From positions 78,618,001 to 78,682,000 of the forward strand of contig NC_087437.1 in assembly GCF_036321535.1 (NCBI RefSeq): a stretch of 64,000 nt of DNA, read 5' to 3'. The notes beneath the pieces are model-generated. The model did no database searches and had not been told where the DNA came from. It worked only from the letters and a program-made list of their open reading frames with translations. Origin of the DNA: Camelus dromedarius (lineage: Eukaryota). Made by a program: the position numbers and the translations under genes. Shown piece by piece: positions 39,701 through 54,982 of this stretch (position 1 is the first letter of the stretch; every line of letters starts with the position of its first letter).

Positions 39701-40070
39701 CTTATTTAGGGCATTTTTCTCTTTATATCTCTATAAAATATGTCTTTCTAAATTGCAATTCCATGGAATTTGCCCCAAAATGTTTACAGATAATACATAT
39801 TTATAGTACTTTACACTACCCTTCAAAATTCAGTAATCCATTTTGTCTCCTTTAACTTCTTTTCCTTTAATTTCTACTTTCCAATGTCAACTTTTGACTT
39901 TACCTTATTTATTTACAGTTGCCTGAAATATCTTTGGCATAATTCTAGTATTTCCCTTTCCAAATTTTGTTTTTAGCTCTCTTTTTTTATATATTTTATA
40001 CAGTCAAAAACTTTTGTAGTTCATAGTTCTTTTAATAGAAGAATTTAACCCATTTACATTATTAAAATGG
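36760..40070 (-). mobile_element. Large decayed old L1 (L1ME/L1M5-like), interrupted at 37814-38043
   Basis: Collinear antisense ORF2 motifs: acatctttgataatattgag, gcatcctaagtcttgttcttgatttt, ggatgttgaatttgatcaaat, catccttgaattttagggataaac, gaatttaacccatttacatt. Confidence 0.7.
37814..38043 (-). mobile_element. Polyadenylated ERV LTR fragment (U3-R), retroposed copy
   Basis: Minus strand has CCAAT (37980-37984), TATAAA (37929-37934), AATAAA (37842-37847) and then A12 (37814-37825). No U5 or terminal CA. Confidence 0.75.
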
Positions 40071-40319
40071 AGATTTGTATTTGACTTCAGCAATAATTCA
40101 TTTTTGAGAATAAATGTATGTTTTAAAATAAAATGAATGCTCATTTAAAAAAATATCTTACATGAAAGAAGAAAATAAGTAAATAAAATGTGCCAGAAGC
40201 ATAAATCTTCAAAGTGAGGCAAATCATGATAATATTTTGGTGACCATTCTTTGAAATCACTCTCTCATAAAAGATAAATAGAAAAAAATACAGTTATTGG
40301 TATAAATAGAGATACAGGT

Positions 40320-41210
40320 GTAGGTGTATGTCTATACTCTGGGGATACAGCAGTGAAAAAGACAAGGTGCTCCTCTCATGGACTTCATTTAAGTCAGTGA
40401 TAAAATTAATTAACAAATAACTAATTCAAATAGAAAATAAAACAGTTGTTTATATCATTTAACTATTCCTGAATAATAAATCCCTTCCAAACTTAGCAGC
40501 TTAAAGTAAGCATTTATTGTTACTCATGAGTCTGTGATTCATTTGGACCACTCTGCTGATGTGAGCCAGGCTCAGATGGTATCAGTTGGGCTTCCTAACT
40601 GACAATGGTAAGTTGACTAGAAGTGATGAATCTAGGATGGTCACAGTAGATGTGGTCTGCTATCAGCTGGCATGACAGGCACAATTAGGCCATGTGTCTC
40701 TTATAATCCAGCAGATTTATAATCCCTGGGCTTATTTCCCTGGTTTCAAGAAAGCATGGCTTCTTGTGGACTGTGTTCAAAACTGGTACTCTCTCATTTC
40801 CTTGATATTCTATTGGTCAAAGCAAGGTCAGCTCAGACTCATAAGGTGGGGACAGGGACCCCAAATCTTGATGGAAAAAAGATCAAGTGTCATTGTAAAG
40901 TATGTGCGTATAGTAAGAAAATGAGGAACTACTCTAAAATGTTTAGTCAATTAAGGTCTCTCAAATTAGGTGATACTTTGTATAAAATTTGGATAACAAA
41001 GGAGGCAGCTATTCCAATATCTTAGGAAATAGTACTTCAGATAGCACTAATAACTTGTTCAGAAGACTTAAAGTGTTTGACAGCTTTGAGGAAAAGATAG
41101 AAGACCCTTATGAGGACCAATAAGACGTGGACAAAGTCAGGTGTAGGAAAAGTAGTCACAGAGGGGCATGATCAAATCAAGGAGGGTATTACAGGCCTTG
41201 GATTTCAATC
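40320..41210 (-). mobile_element. L2 3' remnant interrupted by an MLT1 LTR
   Basis: ctctggggatacagcagtgaaaaagacaagg...ctctcatggacttcatt; resumes after ~40955 (gaggggcatgatcaaatcaaggagggt). Confidence 0.6.
40450..40952 (-). mobile_element. MaLR solo LTR (MLT1G/H-like)
   Basis: ccaaacttagcagcttaaa..catttatt..ctcatgagtctgtg, attctattggtcaaagcaa, gctcagactca, aatcttgatgg. Confidence 0.75.
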
Positions 41211-41473
41211 TCAGTACCATCAGCTCCAATATAACACAATAGACAGGTTGCTGAAAATCACTGCACTATGTAAAATTGCACAAAGAAACCATTTGAGAGT
41301 CTGAAAGGTGCATTCTGTTGGTCCTTACAGTTATACAGAAGACATCCGTGCCTGTGACTTCAAGAACTTATTGAAGACCTGATATATTTCTTGCTGGCAA
41401 TATCATAGTCTGTGAAATTAACTTACTATTCATATGAATCTAAATTGCTTTATTTGTTCTTCTGATGAGCCTA

Positions 41474-42172
41474 GTGGTGAGGATGTAGAGAAAAAGGAAC
41501 CCTTGTACACTGTTGATGGATATGTATATTGGTGCAACTATTGTGGAAAACAGCACGGAGATTTCTCACAAAACTAATAATAGAACTACCATATGGCACA
41601 GCAATTCCATTTCTGGGTATATATCCGAAAGAAACAAAAATACTAATTTGAAAAGATACATGCCCCTCAATGTTCACAGCAGCATTATTTACAATTGTCA
41701 AGATATGGAAGCAACCTAAGTGACCACAGAATGAAGATGAATGGATAAAGAATCACATACACACACACACACACATGCACACACTTTGAAATACTACTCA
41801 GTTATTTCAAAAAGAACAAAATTTTGCCATTTGCAGCACCATGGATGGATTTGGAGGGCATCATGCTAAGCTAAATAAGTCAGACAGAGGAAGACAAATA
41901 CTGTATATTATTTTATATGCAAAATCTAAAACATACAACAAACTAGTGACTATAACAACAGCAAAAAAAAAGCAGCAGACTCACAGACATAGAGAATAAG
42001 CTATTGGTTACCAGTGAAGGGGGCAACATAAGGGTAGGAGAGTGTGAGGTACAGCCAATGATGTAAGATAGGCTCAGCGATGTATCATACAACACTGGGA
42101 ATATAGTCAATATTGTGTAATAACTGTAAATGGTGTGTAACCTTTAAAATTGTATAAAAATTTAAAACAAAA
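41474..42172 (+). mobile_element. L1 3' end (laurasiatherian/cetartiodactyl-type) with internal (CA)n
   Basis: ggtgaggatgtagagaaaaaggaacccttgtacactgttg, ttgccatttgcagcaccatggatggatttggagggc, gactcacagacatagagaataagcta. Confidence 0.9.
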
Positions 42173-42399
42173 TTTATCTTTATCTAACAGTTACAATGAA
42201 GGACAGCATCTTCAAGAATTAAGGATAGATACAAGGGGTCAACATACACACTGAAAGAAACATAACTCCAGGACAATTGTTATAAAAATATAACTCATTG
42301 ATTTCAAGAGCTTGATAGTGTATTATAAATTTGCTGGAACTTACCTAACAATTCTTGTTACAGAGAACTATGTTAACTCTTTCCATTGCTTTAGATCTT

Positions 42400-43130
42400 A
42401 TTTTATACCCTATAATACTATTTTATACTTTTTTCTTATGTAAGTCTTATTCCTTTCCTTTCTTACTAAATGACTTCTAAGTGTTTTGTAGTTTTTGACA
42501 CTATTGTGAATAGAATAATTTTTAAAATTTTCTTTTCTAACTGATAATGTCTAATGTGGAAAAAATTCTTATTACTGTTATCTTAACAAATTAACTTAAT
42601 AATAGAATGTGTTAGTATGCTGATAATTATACTATTTCCAGATATGGATAATTATAACTCCTTTTTTATGATTTGTCAATTATTTCATTTTCCTTTCTAA
42701 TTTTATTACCTAGAAACAGCCAAGCAATGTTGAAACATAATAGTGGTAAGTATCCTCTCTTGTTCCTAAAATGTAATGTAGTACTTTTAGGATTATTTAC
42801 CTTTGTAAATAGGCTCTTACTAAGTTTTCAGCCATATTTGTATTATTTGCTTCAAATTTATTTTACTTAAATATTTATTATAAATAAATGTAGTACATTT
42901 ACAATATAAAATTGTATGCAGTTATAAACAAAAAAGAATGAGTTACATCTATACCAATTTAATAAGGACTGTATTTTAGCAGGTGATTTGTTTTCTAGCA
43001 TATATTATGAATGTAAAAACCTTCTGGCCTTTTTGTTGATATAATACATTATATTAGTATATTACTTGATGTTGAATTATCTTTCATTCCTGAAATAAAT
43101 GCTTTTTTCTATAAGGTATTTTAGCAGCAA
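42400..43130 (-). mobile_element. Old L1 ORF2 remnant
   Basis: ctattgtgaataga, caatgttgaaacataatagtggtaagtatcctctcttgttcct, ttgaattatctttcattcctgaaataaat. Confidence 0.6.
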
Positions 43131-44565
43131 TTGGCAGAGGATGTCTATCATATCCATCATGAAGTATTAAATTACAGGTTAATATACAAAAAAGTATCCC
43201 CTGTTAATTTATGAATTTGCACATATTCACAAAAGAATGGCCAAAGTTCCTGTAGGAGAGACCTCAAGCTTTAGAGACTTGTTTACTCCAGGAAAAATTA
43301 GGCAGATAAAGAGGAAAGGGTATCATTTAAAAGGAAAATCACAATTATGTGTAATTATAATACAGTTACCATGTTAACTGTTTATGACGAATGTATTTCT
43401 GGAAATGTGTTTTCAGATTTACTTGAGGATTTAATTCTGATTCTTTCTCCTTTCTCCTTTGCATTATCCTTCAGTTAGCTTCTTCCACTTCTTGATCCTA
43501 TGCTGCTGCACTTTGGTCTCATTCCTTCCCATAAGGAATAACATCATCATTCAAAATAATTCTCAATTTCCTGGCTCAGTTTGTCAAAGTTCAAATTTTA
43601 CTTGCAATTTTCTGCTTCAATAGCCCCAAAGCAATCATCTCCATTGTTATTACTATAGGTATTTATGTTACAATTTGCTATTTCATGAATGTGTGAAATA
43701 CCAAAGAACACTAGGATCATTATGGTCTCTTTTGAGAATAAGTCCTACAAAATATTTTGCGATTATAAATTCCCTTCCATAAAGTAAAGCTCCAAAACAA
43801 GCAGGAACCCAGGAATGCAATCCATCAGCATACCCCCCAGCCACAGCTGATATTTTTGTTTCCTCTCTTCTGTAGGTAATGTTCATGCACAGTAAAAAGT
43901 TTCAGTGTTCAACATTATCCTGAATCTATCATTAAAACTGAATTATGTGAACTCAATCTTCCTGTTGTTCTTGTTGAGTTCCCAGGAGTTCCAACTTCTA
44001 CCTAACTATCAACTTCAGCAACCAGGGAATGAATTTCAATCCTGCTAATTTTTACTGTCAATTTTTATTGTTATCCTCTGAAATTTTCTTCAGTGCCACA
44101 TCAGCTCTTTTAAAATTTGGAACTGAAGACACTGGGAATGATGCATTTGTATATCTTCCTCTATTTCCTAACTTTATCCAAATTTTATAGTCTTTTAATT
44201 CCCACTAGGTTTTCTTTTCTTAGTTTATGATCTTTATTTTTGGCTTTAGTATCAATTTGGTTTTATTTTTAAACTATCAATTACTTTATTTTCTTCTTAA
44301 ATTTTCATCCCATTCAATCTATGTTTACCTTTTTTTTAACCTCCATATTCATTTTTCTTTGAGTTCCTTGCCCTATTGCATCATTTTCAGGACACCTTTG
44401 TGAGGAATGCTTTGACCTTCTGGCTCATCCTGTAAAACAATTATGTTTGAATCTATAATATATACATAGTCTTCTCATCAAACTCTTACTGAATTGACTC
44501 AACAAACTTGAGGTCATAGTTTGGTACTATAACTATAGATGGTCTGAGTGCTATTCTGTCAAGAA

Positions 44566-44939
44566 TGTGATCATTTTCAAAACTGTTCAAAATATCCACT
44601 GCAGCTCCTTACTCAAAAATTATAATTTCCTGCTCAACTCATGTCAAACTTATCTGTGTGACTTGCTTTGACCTGTAAATATGAGCAAAAGTAACTTGTT
44701 TTACTTTTTGGACAAAGCTTTAAGAGTCTAGTTTTCTTTGTGTCTACTACATTACCAGGACATCTCAGATATGGGCTCAGCCTTTATCCTGGATATTAGT
44801 TAAAGAAGATTTATAGCCAAACTGTATTTGACCTAAGAGAGACATGTGATATGAGCAAGACATTTAACAATGTTTATCAGAAGGCACTAAGATTAGGAAG
44901 CTGTTTGTTACTGCAGTAAGCCTTAAATTGACTGACACA
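44566..44939 (+). mobile_element. MaLR solo LTR (MLT1I/J-like)
   Basis: tgtgtgacttgctttgacc, gagacatgtgatatgagcaaga, aggcactaagattaggaagctgtttgttactgcagtaa...gactgacaca. Confidence 0.75.
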
Positions 44940-45584
44940 GTAGCCTTCTCTGTATGCAAAATTCTTTTTACATTTGTTATAATTCTGAATTCAAGCCTTC
45001 TCTGTAGACAAAATTCTTTTTTATATTTGTTACAATTCTGAAAACCATCAGAATCTTTCAACATCCTTTTATTTTCAAGGGACATAAATATTGCAAAATT
45101 CAATGATCAAAGCTAGATTGATTCTAACAGACTATCATTTCTAAAATATTGGATTGATGATTCATGAGGTCAAGTGTTACTCCTGATAGAGTAGGGGGTG
45201 TAGTACGTTAGAGTCCCTTATTAAAGAAACTAATAGACCTTTTGCCTCATTTTTTTTCTCCTTACAATATTCCTAAATGACTTGGCAGATGAATTTCTTA
45301 TTTCTGACTTGTCTTGCCACTGCTATTTGTTAGATACAGGAAGAATAAATAAATATATCTATACTGTGAAATCAATGTGTTTAACTTGCCCAAATGTCTT
45401 AGCCTAAGAAACATCTGATGTTTCTTAGGTTCTGTTTATAATGTTATGAATAACTATGAATCTTTTTTTTCTGATATGTAAAAGTGTTCCAAACATTGCT
45501 AAGAATCTCAAATTTATTATCTCGTTTTATTCTCACAACAACTATACTAGATTGTTTATTTTGGTTTGTTTGTTTGTTTGCTTT

Positions 45585-45950
45585 TCGGCTATTGCTTCTC
45601 AGTTCTAAGTCAATCTTTCTCTCCTCTGTGATCCTGAGACTGGAACTTTGCAAACTCATGCCCAGATTGTTTTGCTAGCAGCTTCATATTAGGTTGTAAA
45701 AATAGGAAATACCAAAGGAATGTTGGAAGGTAGTAAGAATGAACAAGGAAATCTCTTCCAACTATTGGCTTACTCTTTCCATTCATGTTGCCTCAGTAGT
45801 GGCAGTTGATTCTGGCCTCTAGAAACTTTCAACAATCAAAGAAATGGCCTTTTGCAACAATTAAGTGGTTGTATCAGCATGTGGGCAATCTCCTATTGAG
45901 AAAGCTAAGCCATGCTCACCCATCCTGTGAACTCCCAGATTCTCACAATC
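45585..45950 (+). mobile_element. ERVL LTR (LTR41-like)
   Basis: tctcagttctaagtcaatcttt..ctctgtgatcctgagactggaactttgcaaac..ttgctagcagcttcatattaggtt; family from recall. Confidence 0.55.
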
Positions 45951-45961
45951 CCAAACTTCTG

Positions 45962-47005
45962 TTTTTCCTATTTTTTATTGAAGTCTAACATACAGAAAAG
46001 TGGCATAGTATACCTAGTAAATAAACTTGGAGTTTAGCTGAATTTTAATAAAAATGAACACCCATGTAACCAACATTGAGATCAAGAGACAGAACATTAC
46101 TGGCCACCTGGAAGATACCTATTTTCCCTCCCTATTACTACATTTCACTAAGAGTAATCACTATCTTGATTTTTAACAACATAAATTAGTTTTGCCTTTT
46201 GGTGTACTTTGTGTATAAATATAATCTTTGTATCAGTCAGGGTTCAAGCAGAGAAACAAAATCAGTGGGATTTATGTAAAGAAGTTTATTACAAGAAATT
46301 GCCTTGTATGATTTTGGGGGCTGGCTAGGCAAGTCTAAAGTCCTTAAGCAAGGCCTTCAGGAAGGGAAACCTGGAGCTCCCAGGCATGGGCTAAAGCTTC
46401 AGACCAAAGGCAAAATTTCTTCTTCAGGGAAGCCTCAGTTCTGTTCTTAAGGACTTTCCACTGATTGGATTAGGCCCGTTCAGATTACCTAGGATAATTT
46501 CTCTTAAAGTCAACTGATAAGTGACTTTTATCACATCTACAAAATAGCTTCACAGCAACACCTAGATTAGTGTTTGATTGAATACTGAAGACAATACCTT
46601 AGATAAGTTAACACATAAAACTGTTTCTGGCTTCTTTCGCTCAATATTATATTTATGAAATTCATTCTTTTCATTGTGTTTATTTATACTATTCATTCTC
46701 ATGGTTGTAAACTATTTTGTTGTATGAATGTAGCATATTGTCTACCTTATTAGCAATAAAAATTTTAGTAGATTTAAGTTTAGAAATACAATGAATTCTA
46801 TAGCTTAGAACAATTTAATGCATGACTTTTGTTGAACAAATGAATGCCTTTTTGCTGGAATGCACCTAGGAATGTAGTTGTACAGACATAAATTCGCTGT
46901 ATATTCAACTGCCTTACAAAGTACTTGTATCAATTTACATTCTCAATAAAATTCTATTAATATTCAGGTTGTTTTATATTCTCATTAACATTTTGTATTT
47001 TACAT
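45962..47005 (-). mobile_element. L1ME-type 3' end interrupted by an MLT2 LTR
   Basis: ttttttattgaagtctaacatacagaaaagtg, gaacacccatgtaacca, tctggcttctttcgctcaatattat, gtatcaatttacattctca. Confidence 0.75.
46230..46622 (-). mobile_element. ERVL solo LTR, MLT2 (MLT2D-like)
   Basis: tgtatcagtcagggttc...ctgattggattaggccc...cttcacagcaacacctagattagtgtttga...aagttaacacataaaact. Confidence 0.85.
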
Positions 47006-47050
47006 ACATTATTAATAAACAACTGGAGTGTGTATGTATGTGTCTGTGTA

Positions 47051-49840
<2,790 letters not shown>

Positions 49841-50133
49841 AGGTACAAACTTCCAGTCATAAGATGCATAGGTTCTGTGGATCAAATGTACTAAGCAACT
49901 ACAGTTAACAATACTGTACAGTATAATTGAAACTTGCTAAAATAGTAGATCTTAATAGTTCTCACAATAAACACACACAAAAACGGTAACTATGTGAGGT
50001 GATAGATGTGTTAATTAACCTTAATGTGTTAATTATTCCACATTATTATATGTGTATTTCAAATCATCACATTGTACGGCTTGAATTTACACAGTGTTGT
50101 ATGTCAATTATATCTCATTAAGGTTGGGAAAAA
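49841..50133 (+). mobile_element. L1 3'UTR fragment (L1MA8/9-like)
   Basis: ggtacaaacttccagtcataagat, gtagatcttaatagttctcac, ggtaactatgtgaggtgatagatgtgttaat, tgtcaattatatctca. Confidence 0.88.
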
Positions 50134-52989
50134 TTATGTATTTCCTATTATGAATAGTACATGTGTATTTTAAAAGAATGTGAATTCCATCAAACATTAT
50201 GTCCTATGTTCTATATATATTTAGTGCAATTTCATAGTGAGATTAGCATAAGAGAATATTTTTATTTTTAACCATTTGAAAGTTGTATATTTTACCTAGA
50301 TTTATACAGTCCAATTATATTAATTATAATTACTTATAAAGTTAATTTTTCATATATATCACATTGCCATTTATTTTCTCATTGGCCCATCCATTTACAT
50401 TCCTTTGTTTTTGTTTTCACTTTTTAGATTAATCACTTTTTATTATCTGCAATAGTAATTTTCACATTTACTGAATTTTAAAATTTTAAATAATTTATTT
50501 TTCACTTAAAATGTTTATTTTATATCTTTTTGTAGATTGCCATATTCTGTTGGCAATCGTCATCCTTTCATCTACTTTGTCCACCTTTTCTTTCTGCTTC
50601 TAAATCTCAGAGATAAGCACTTTTCTGATTTCCATCCTCACAGATTTGTTTTTACTGCTATTTAACTTCATATAAATGGAAGCTCGTAATGGTATGTACT
50701 CTTTGGAATCTGAAGTTTAAAAAATTTTCCATAACAAAACCTCATTGAGATATAACTATGTTATAATTTGTATCAATATTTCATCATTTTTATTGCTAAA
50801 TATTATTCCCTTGTATGAATATACTACGGCTTATTTTTCTGTCCTCTTTAAGTTAGTATTTTTGCCACACTACAGAAACACAAAACCTACAATACTTTTA
50901 ATACTATTAACCCACTTTTGCTCTTTGAGCTATTTTTATACAGTTTACTTCTATAGATATAATAAAGCTCATGTGACACAGTTATTGGTGCTCTTCATAA
51001 TGTTCTTTTATATTTGCACATGTTACTCCCTCCATGAGTGATTTTAATAGCTTCTAATAGTTCCATTCTTCTCTCTCTTATAATTTCCCTTCATCCTAGG
51101 GTTTCATTCTTAAACCACTCATGTTTTCCATAGTTTTCCTTAAGAAATCATAAGCTAAGAGGAAATGATAATTGGAAAACAAAAATACTCTTTACTGCTA
51201 TCAATTTTCCATAATCTTAGAATAGTGCTCTCAAATCCACTGGGTGAGGAACGTAACCAGGAACATGGCCTAAGTTAAGCTGCTTCCTCCTTCATAAACT
51301 CTTTTAGTACATAATTACCAGATGGCAAGCATTTTGTGCATTCAAGGCAAGAGAAGTGAGTAAAAGCAAAAGATAGAACCCAATCTGGGGAAGCAGACAT
51401 GATCTAAACAAGATGAATCTCATTCTATCTTTTCATGGGAATTTGAATTTTAAATGAAGTCACTCAAGAATGCAAGAAGATAAATCATCCTGATGGCAAT
51501 GCCCTAGTACTAGAGATACATTAATGAGTTCCTGCTGCTAAGATTACCATTGTTGCCTTCTGTTTATCCTTCCTGTATCTGCCTGTTAGGCTCTTCCTTT
51601 TATTATTTTAGCTACCTTTATCCTTTCAAGAAATTGATTATTGTCTTCTACTTAATGAAATGGTGTCAGTTAATGTTGTTTATAACAACAATCCTATTTG
51701 ATAAAGCAGGGCAGTATTCAAGCATTCTTAATTTATTGGGCTAAATACAATGTTGAACCATTCTATACTATACTTATTCCATAGAAGTTGATGCAGCTAG
51801 TCAAATTATCACTGATTCATAACATATTGGTGGTTGAGCTTTCATTTCTTTTTCCCTAGAGAAGACAGGAGCTCTTCAAATTTGACTTTCCTCATATTAC
51901 AGTGATGGGATATTGTTCTCAGGAAGAAATCCCTACTATATATTATACCCTGATAGGCACATTGCATCCGGAAATTATTTGTTTCCTGAAAATTTGATAT
52001 AAATTGTTCATATACTAACCAGGTAGGGAGCTTTTTGAGAAACTAGAGTGTGTGTTTGTGTGAGAAAGAGAGAAAGATTTGCATTTCATCTGGGAAACTG
52101 ATTGGATTACTAAGATTTTTTATCTTCTATAATATCATTTTTTGTAATGGATGTATTTCCAGGAAATCATTCTAATACCTGAGAAAAATTATCATCTACT
52201 TGAATAAAAGATAAAGGTAAATTTTTACTAATTTGCTATATGCAGGCTTTTTCATAGCAGCTGGTACAAAAATGAACAGGCTAGATAGATGTTTTCAAAG
52301 TATTACTATTTCAGCTAAAAATGATAATTTTCAGAAAGTAACTAAGAATTCTAAAAATGGAGCATATAGAGAACCTCAAGAAAAATATCCACTTGAATGT
52401 TTTTCTAAGTTAATCCTTCTTGTATTTTAATGTAATTTCAGGAATACCTGTACTTACATATTAAGAATTAAAATATCAGCAGAAATATTGGTTAATTTTG
52501 AAAGGAAATTGTAAAAATCCTATGAAATTATCATGAGATTTTCTGAATTACCTGAATGAATGCTATATATTTAAAATATTAAAATAATAATAAATATTAA
52601 GGTTGTATTATATTTAAGATAACACGCATAATATTTATGGTATATTTTTAATTTATTTCTACTCTGAAAACTTCCCTAATGCTTACTACATTTAAAGCAC
52701 ATTGCCAAACAATTTATGGGTTTTAATAGTGGATGGAAAGGCGGTAAGGAACAGGAAAACATCTATTATTCATCACTTTCCATATGCCCTTGTACTCTGA
52801 TGTAGAAAAACCTCTGTTTCATAGGTGAAAAACTAATCTTCCAAAGGTAAAGTAACTTTAACTTTTAAGACTTGAAAATAATAGGGCAGAGATTGGGATT
52901 AGTTCTGTTTGATTCCAATGCAGTGTTTTCTCTATAACATATAATAATTAAAAAAATAGCTAAGACCATATCTTCAAGGAAATTTAAGT

Positions 52990-54350
52990 CTAGTCAAGAA
53001 ATCTTGTTGTTGGGCTGAGAGAGTTCACTCTCAGTAACTTTAATCTTCTCTGAAGAAGGAAGCAAAATTATCCATTCAGAAGATGTGAAGGGATGGGGAC
53101 CAAGACCATGTGATGCTTGAGAGTAGTAAGGGTCATTGCTGTGGGGGATGGGAGAAGAAGCTGCCCAGGGACAAATGAAAGTATTGTCCAGCTGTGTCAT
53201 TCTGGCCTTACATCCTAATAAGCCTTCCCACCCTGTGACTCAGTAGAACCTTCGACCCATTCATAGCCACTGATTTAGGAATTCCTCTCTGGATCTCCCT
53301 TAAGGATATAATTATAAATGCAGATGCATTATGAACACAGACACTTGTCAAAGAATTTTGTATCATATTTTCAAACTGGAAACAATGCAGGAGAGAAACA
53401 GTAAAATAAATTATGACATATCCACTTAATTGGAAAAAAAAAGAATTACAAAAAGCAAAAAAGTGGGGGAAGGGGGTGGGAAGGGTTAAAAAAAAAAAAA
53501 GAAATGAAAAGAAATTAATGATATCTGTCCTCAAGTGGCAGGGAGAAAGAGGGAGAGAGGAATGTTGTTTCATAGATGGAAACAAGTACATCTTTATGTT
53601 TATTACATAGAAAGGTGTCCTGAATATTGAGAGCAGGGAGTAAACCTAAAGCGACCATAGCAACAGTGTTAGAAAATAGCCAAGTCAAGTTTTTAGGGCT
53701 ATATGGAAAGGGTGATTGATATTAGAAGAGTAAATGTATGTTTTTTGTTTTTGCTTTTTAATAATATCAGGATGAGTAATTTGACCCTTTACAATTTTTG
53801 AGTCAACTAAAATTAGACTATTAATACCAAACACTTACAGGATAAAGAGAAACACAGATCATAGGGGAGATATTGTAAAACAAAGTATAAAACATAACAC
53901 AAAATCTTAAAAAATTCAAAGTATTTGATTTAATTAACACAGGATAGTTAGGAAATATACATGGTCTAAATTATGATAGCAAAGCTACCTCTGGATATTA
54001 GAATCTTTATAAAGTGTCTAGATTAATGGTCTAGATTATGGAATGATCTAAAAAGTTGTAGATTCTTATGTCATAGCAGAAGATGAAATCTATAAGAAGG
54101 GTATTAGAGAATTATTTGTGGGCTTGATATAGAATGTGAAAGAAAAGTTTAACATCAAAGTTAAAGAAGTAGAAGGGAGCCATGGAAGAAATGTTCAATA
54201 CTTCTTGGGGAAATCAAGGTCCATATTATGCAAAGAAAGATATTGAGATCTTTAAGGAGAATGTAAAGAGTTCTTTAAATGTTGGAATGATGATGTAGTG
54301 GATAAAGATTTCAGTGAAGATTGAACAGTCTTTGACTTTAGGGCTAAAAG
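52990..54350 (-). mobile_element. L2 ORF remnant(s)
   Basis: Purine-rich antisense L2 pattern: gaaggaagcaaaattatccatt, ggaccaagaccatg, gtgggggatgggagaagaagctgcccaggga. Confidence 0.55.
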
Positions 54351-54367
54351 TTAAGCTAGAAAGAAAA

Positions 54368-54575
54368 CTATTTACTGAGTATCTAATATGTATCAGTCAC
54401 TCTCCCAGTTATCTTTTCATTTAATCCAAATGAAGTCCATCATACAGATGTAGAAACTGAGGCTCAAAACAATTAAGCAACTCTACAGGGTCACACATAA
54501 CTACCAGAAATGAGTTTAAAATTTCAGCCAGTATGATTTCAAAACCCTTGCTCTGTCCATTACTGCATGACACCT
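54368..54575 (-). mobile_element. MIR SINE
   Basis: tatttactgagtatcta..., core tacagatgtagaaactgaggctca, agggtcacac, tgatttcaaaacccttgctct. Confidence 0.8.
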
Positions 54576-54772
54576 TTTAAATTCTCGCAGTGAAATATAG
54601 AACAATTTTGGTGTACTAGAGGTGGTACAAGGCAGATTTCATGAAAAAAGTATGCTTGGGCATTAACAGAGTTGGCAGTCTTAAAAACTTGAAGGGAAAG
54701 GGGAAGAAAAGAAAAACCTTGGGTCCATATCAGGATATAATGTAATGAATTTGGTTGTGTTGAGTTTATGAT

Positions 54773-54982
54773 TAACTAACACTTATTGAACATACACTCT
54801 ATACAAAGCACTGACCAAAGCATTTTACATGTATTATTTGTTAGTCTTTCTCTATAAAATGAGTTTTATTATTACCTCAATTTAACATTTGAGGAAATCA
54901 GCATAGTGAGATAAAGTGATGCTCAGAATATCATAGAGTGGTAAAGCAGCATTTGAACACAAGCAGCCTGACCCCAGAATGA
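54773..54982 (-). mobile_element. MIR SINE
   Basis: aactaacacttattgaac, aagcattttacatgtattatt, tgaggaaatca, atttgaacacaagcagcctgaccccaga. Confidence 0.75.

Noticed and set aside
43430..44435. Purine-rich, coding-looking minus-strand block (possible viral element or pseudogene), including ORF 43683..43886
   Set aside because: No recognisable protein motif and many stops; parts weakly resemble L2. Left unannotated; tBLASTx or Dfam would decide.
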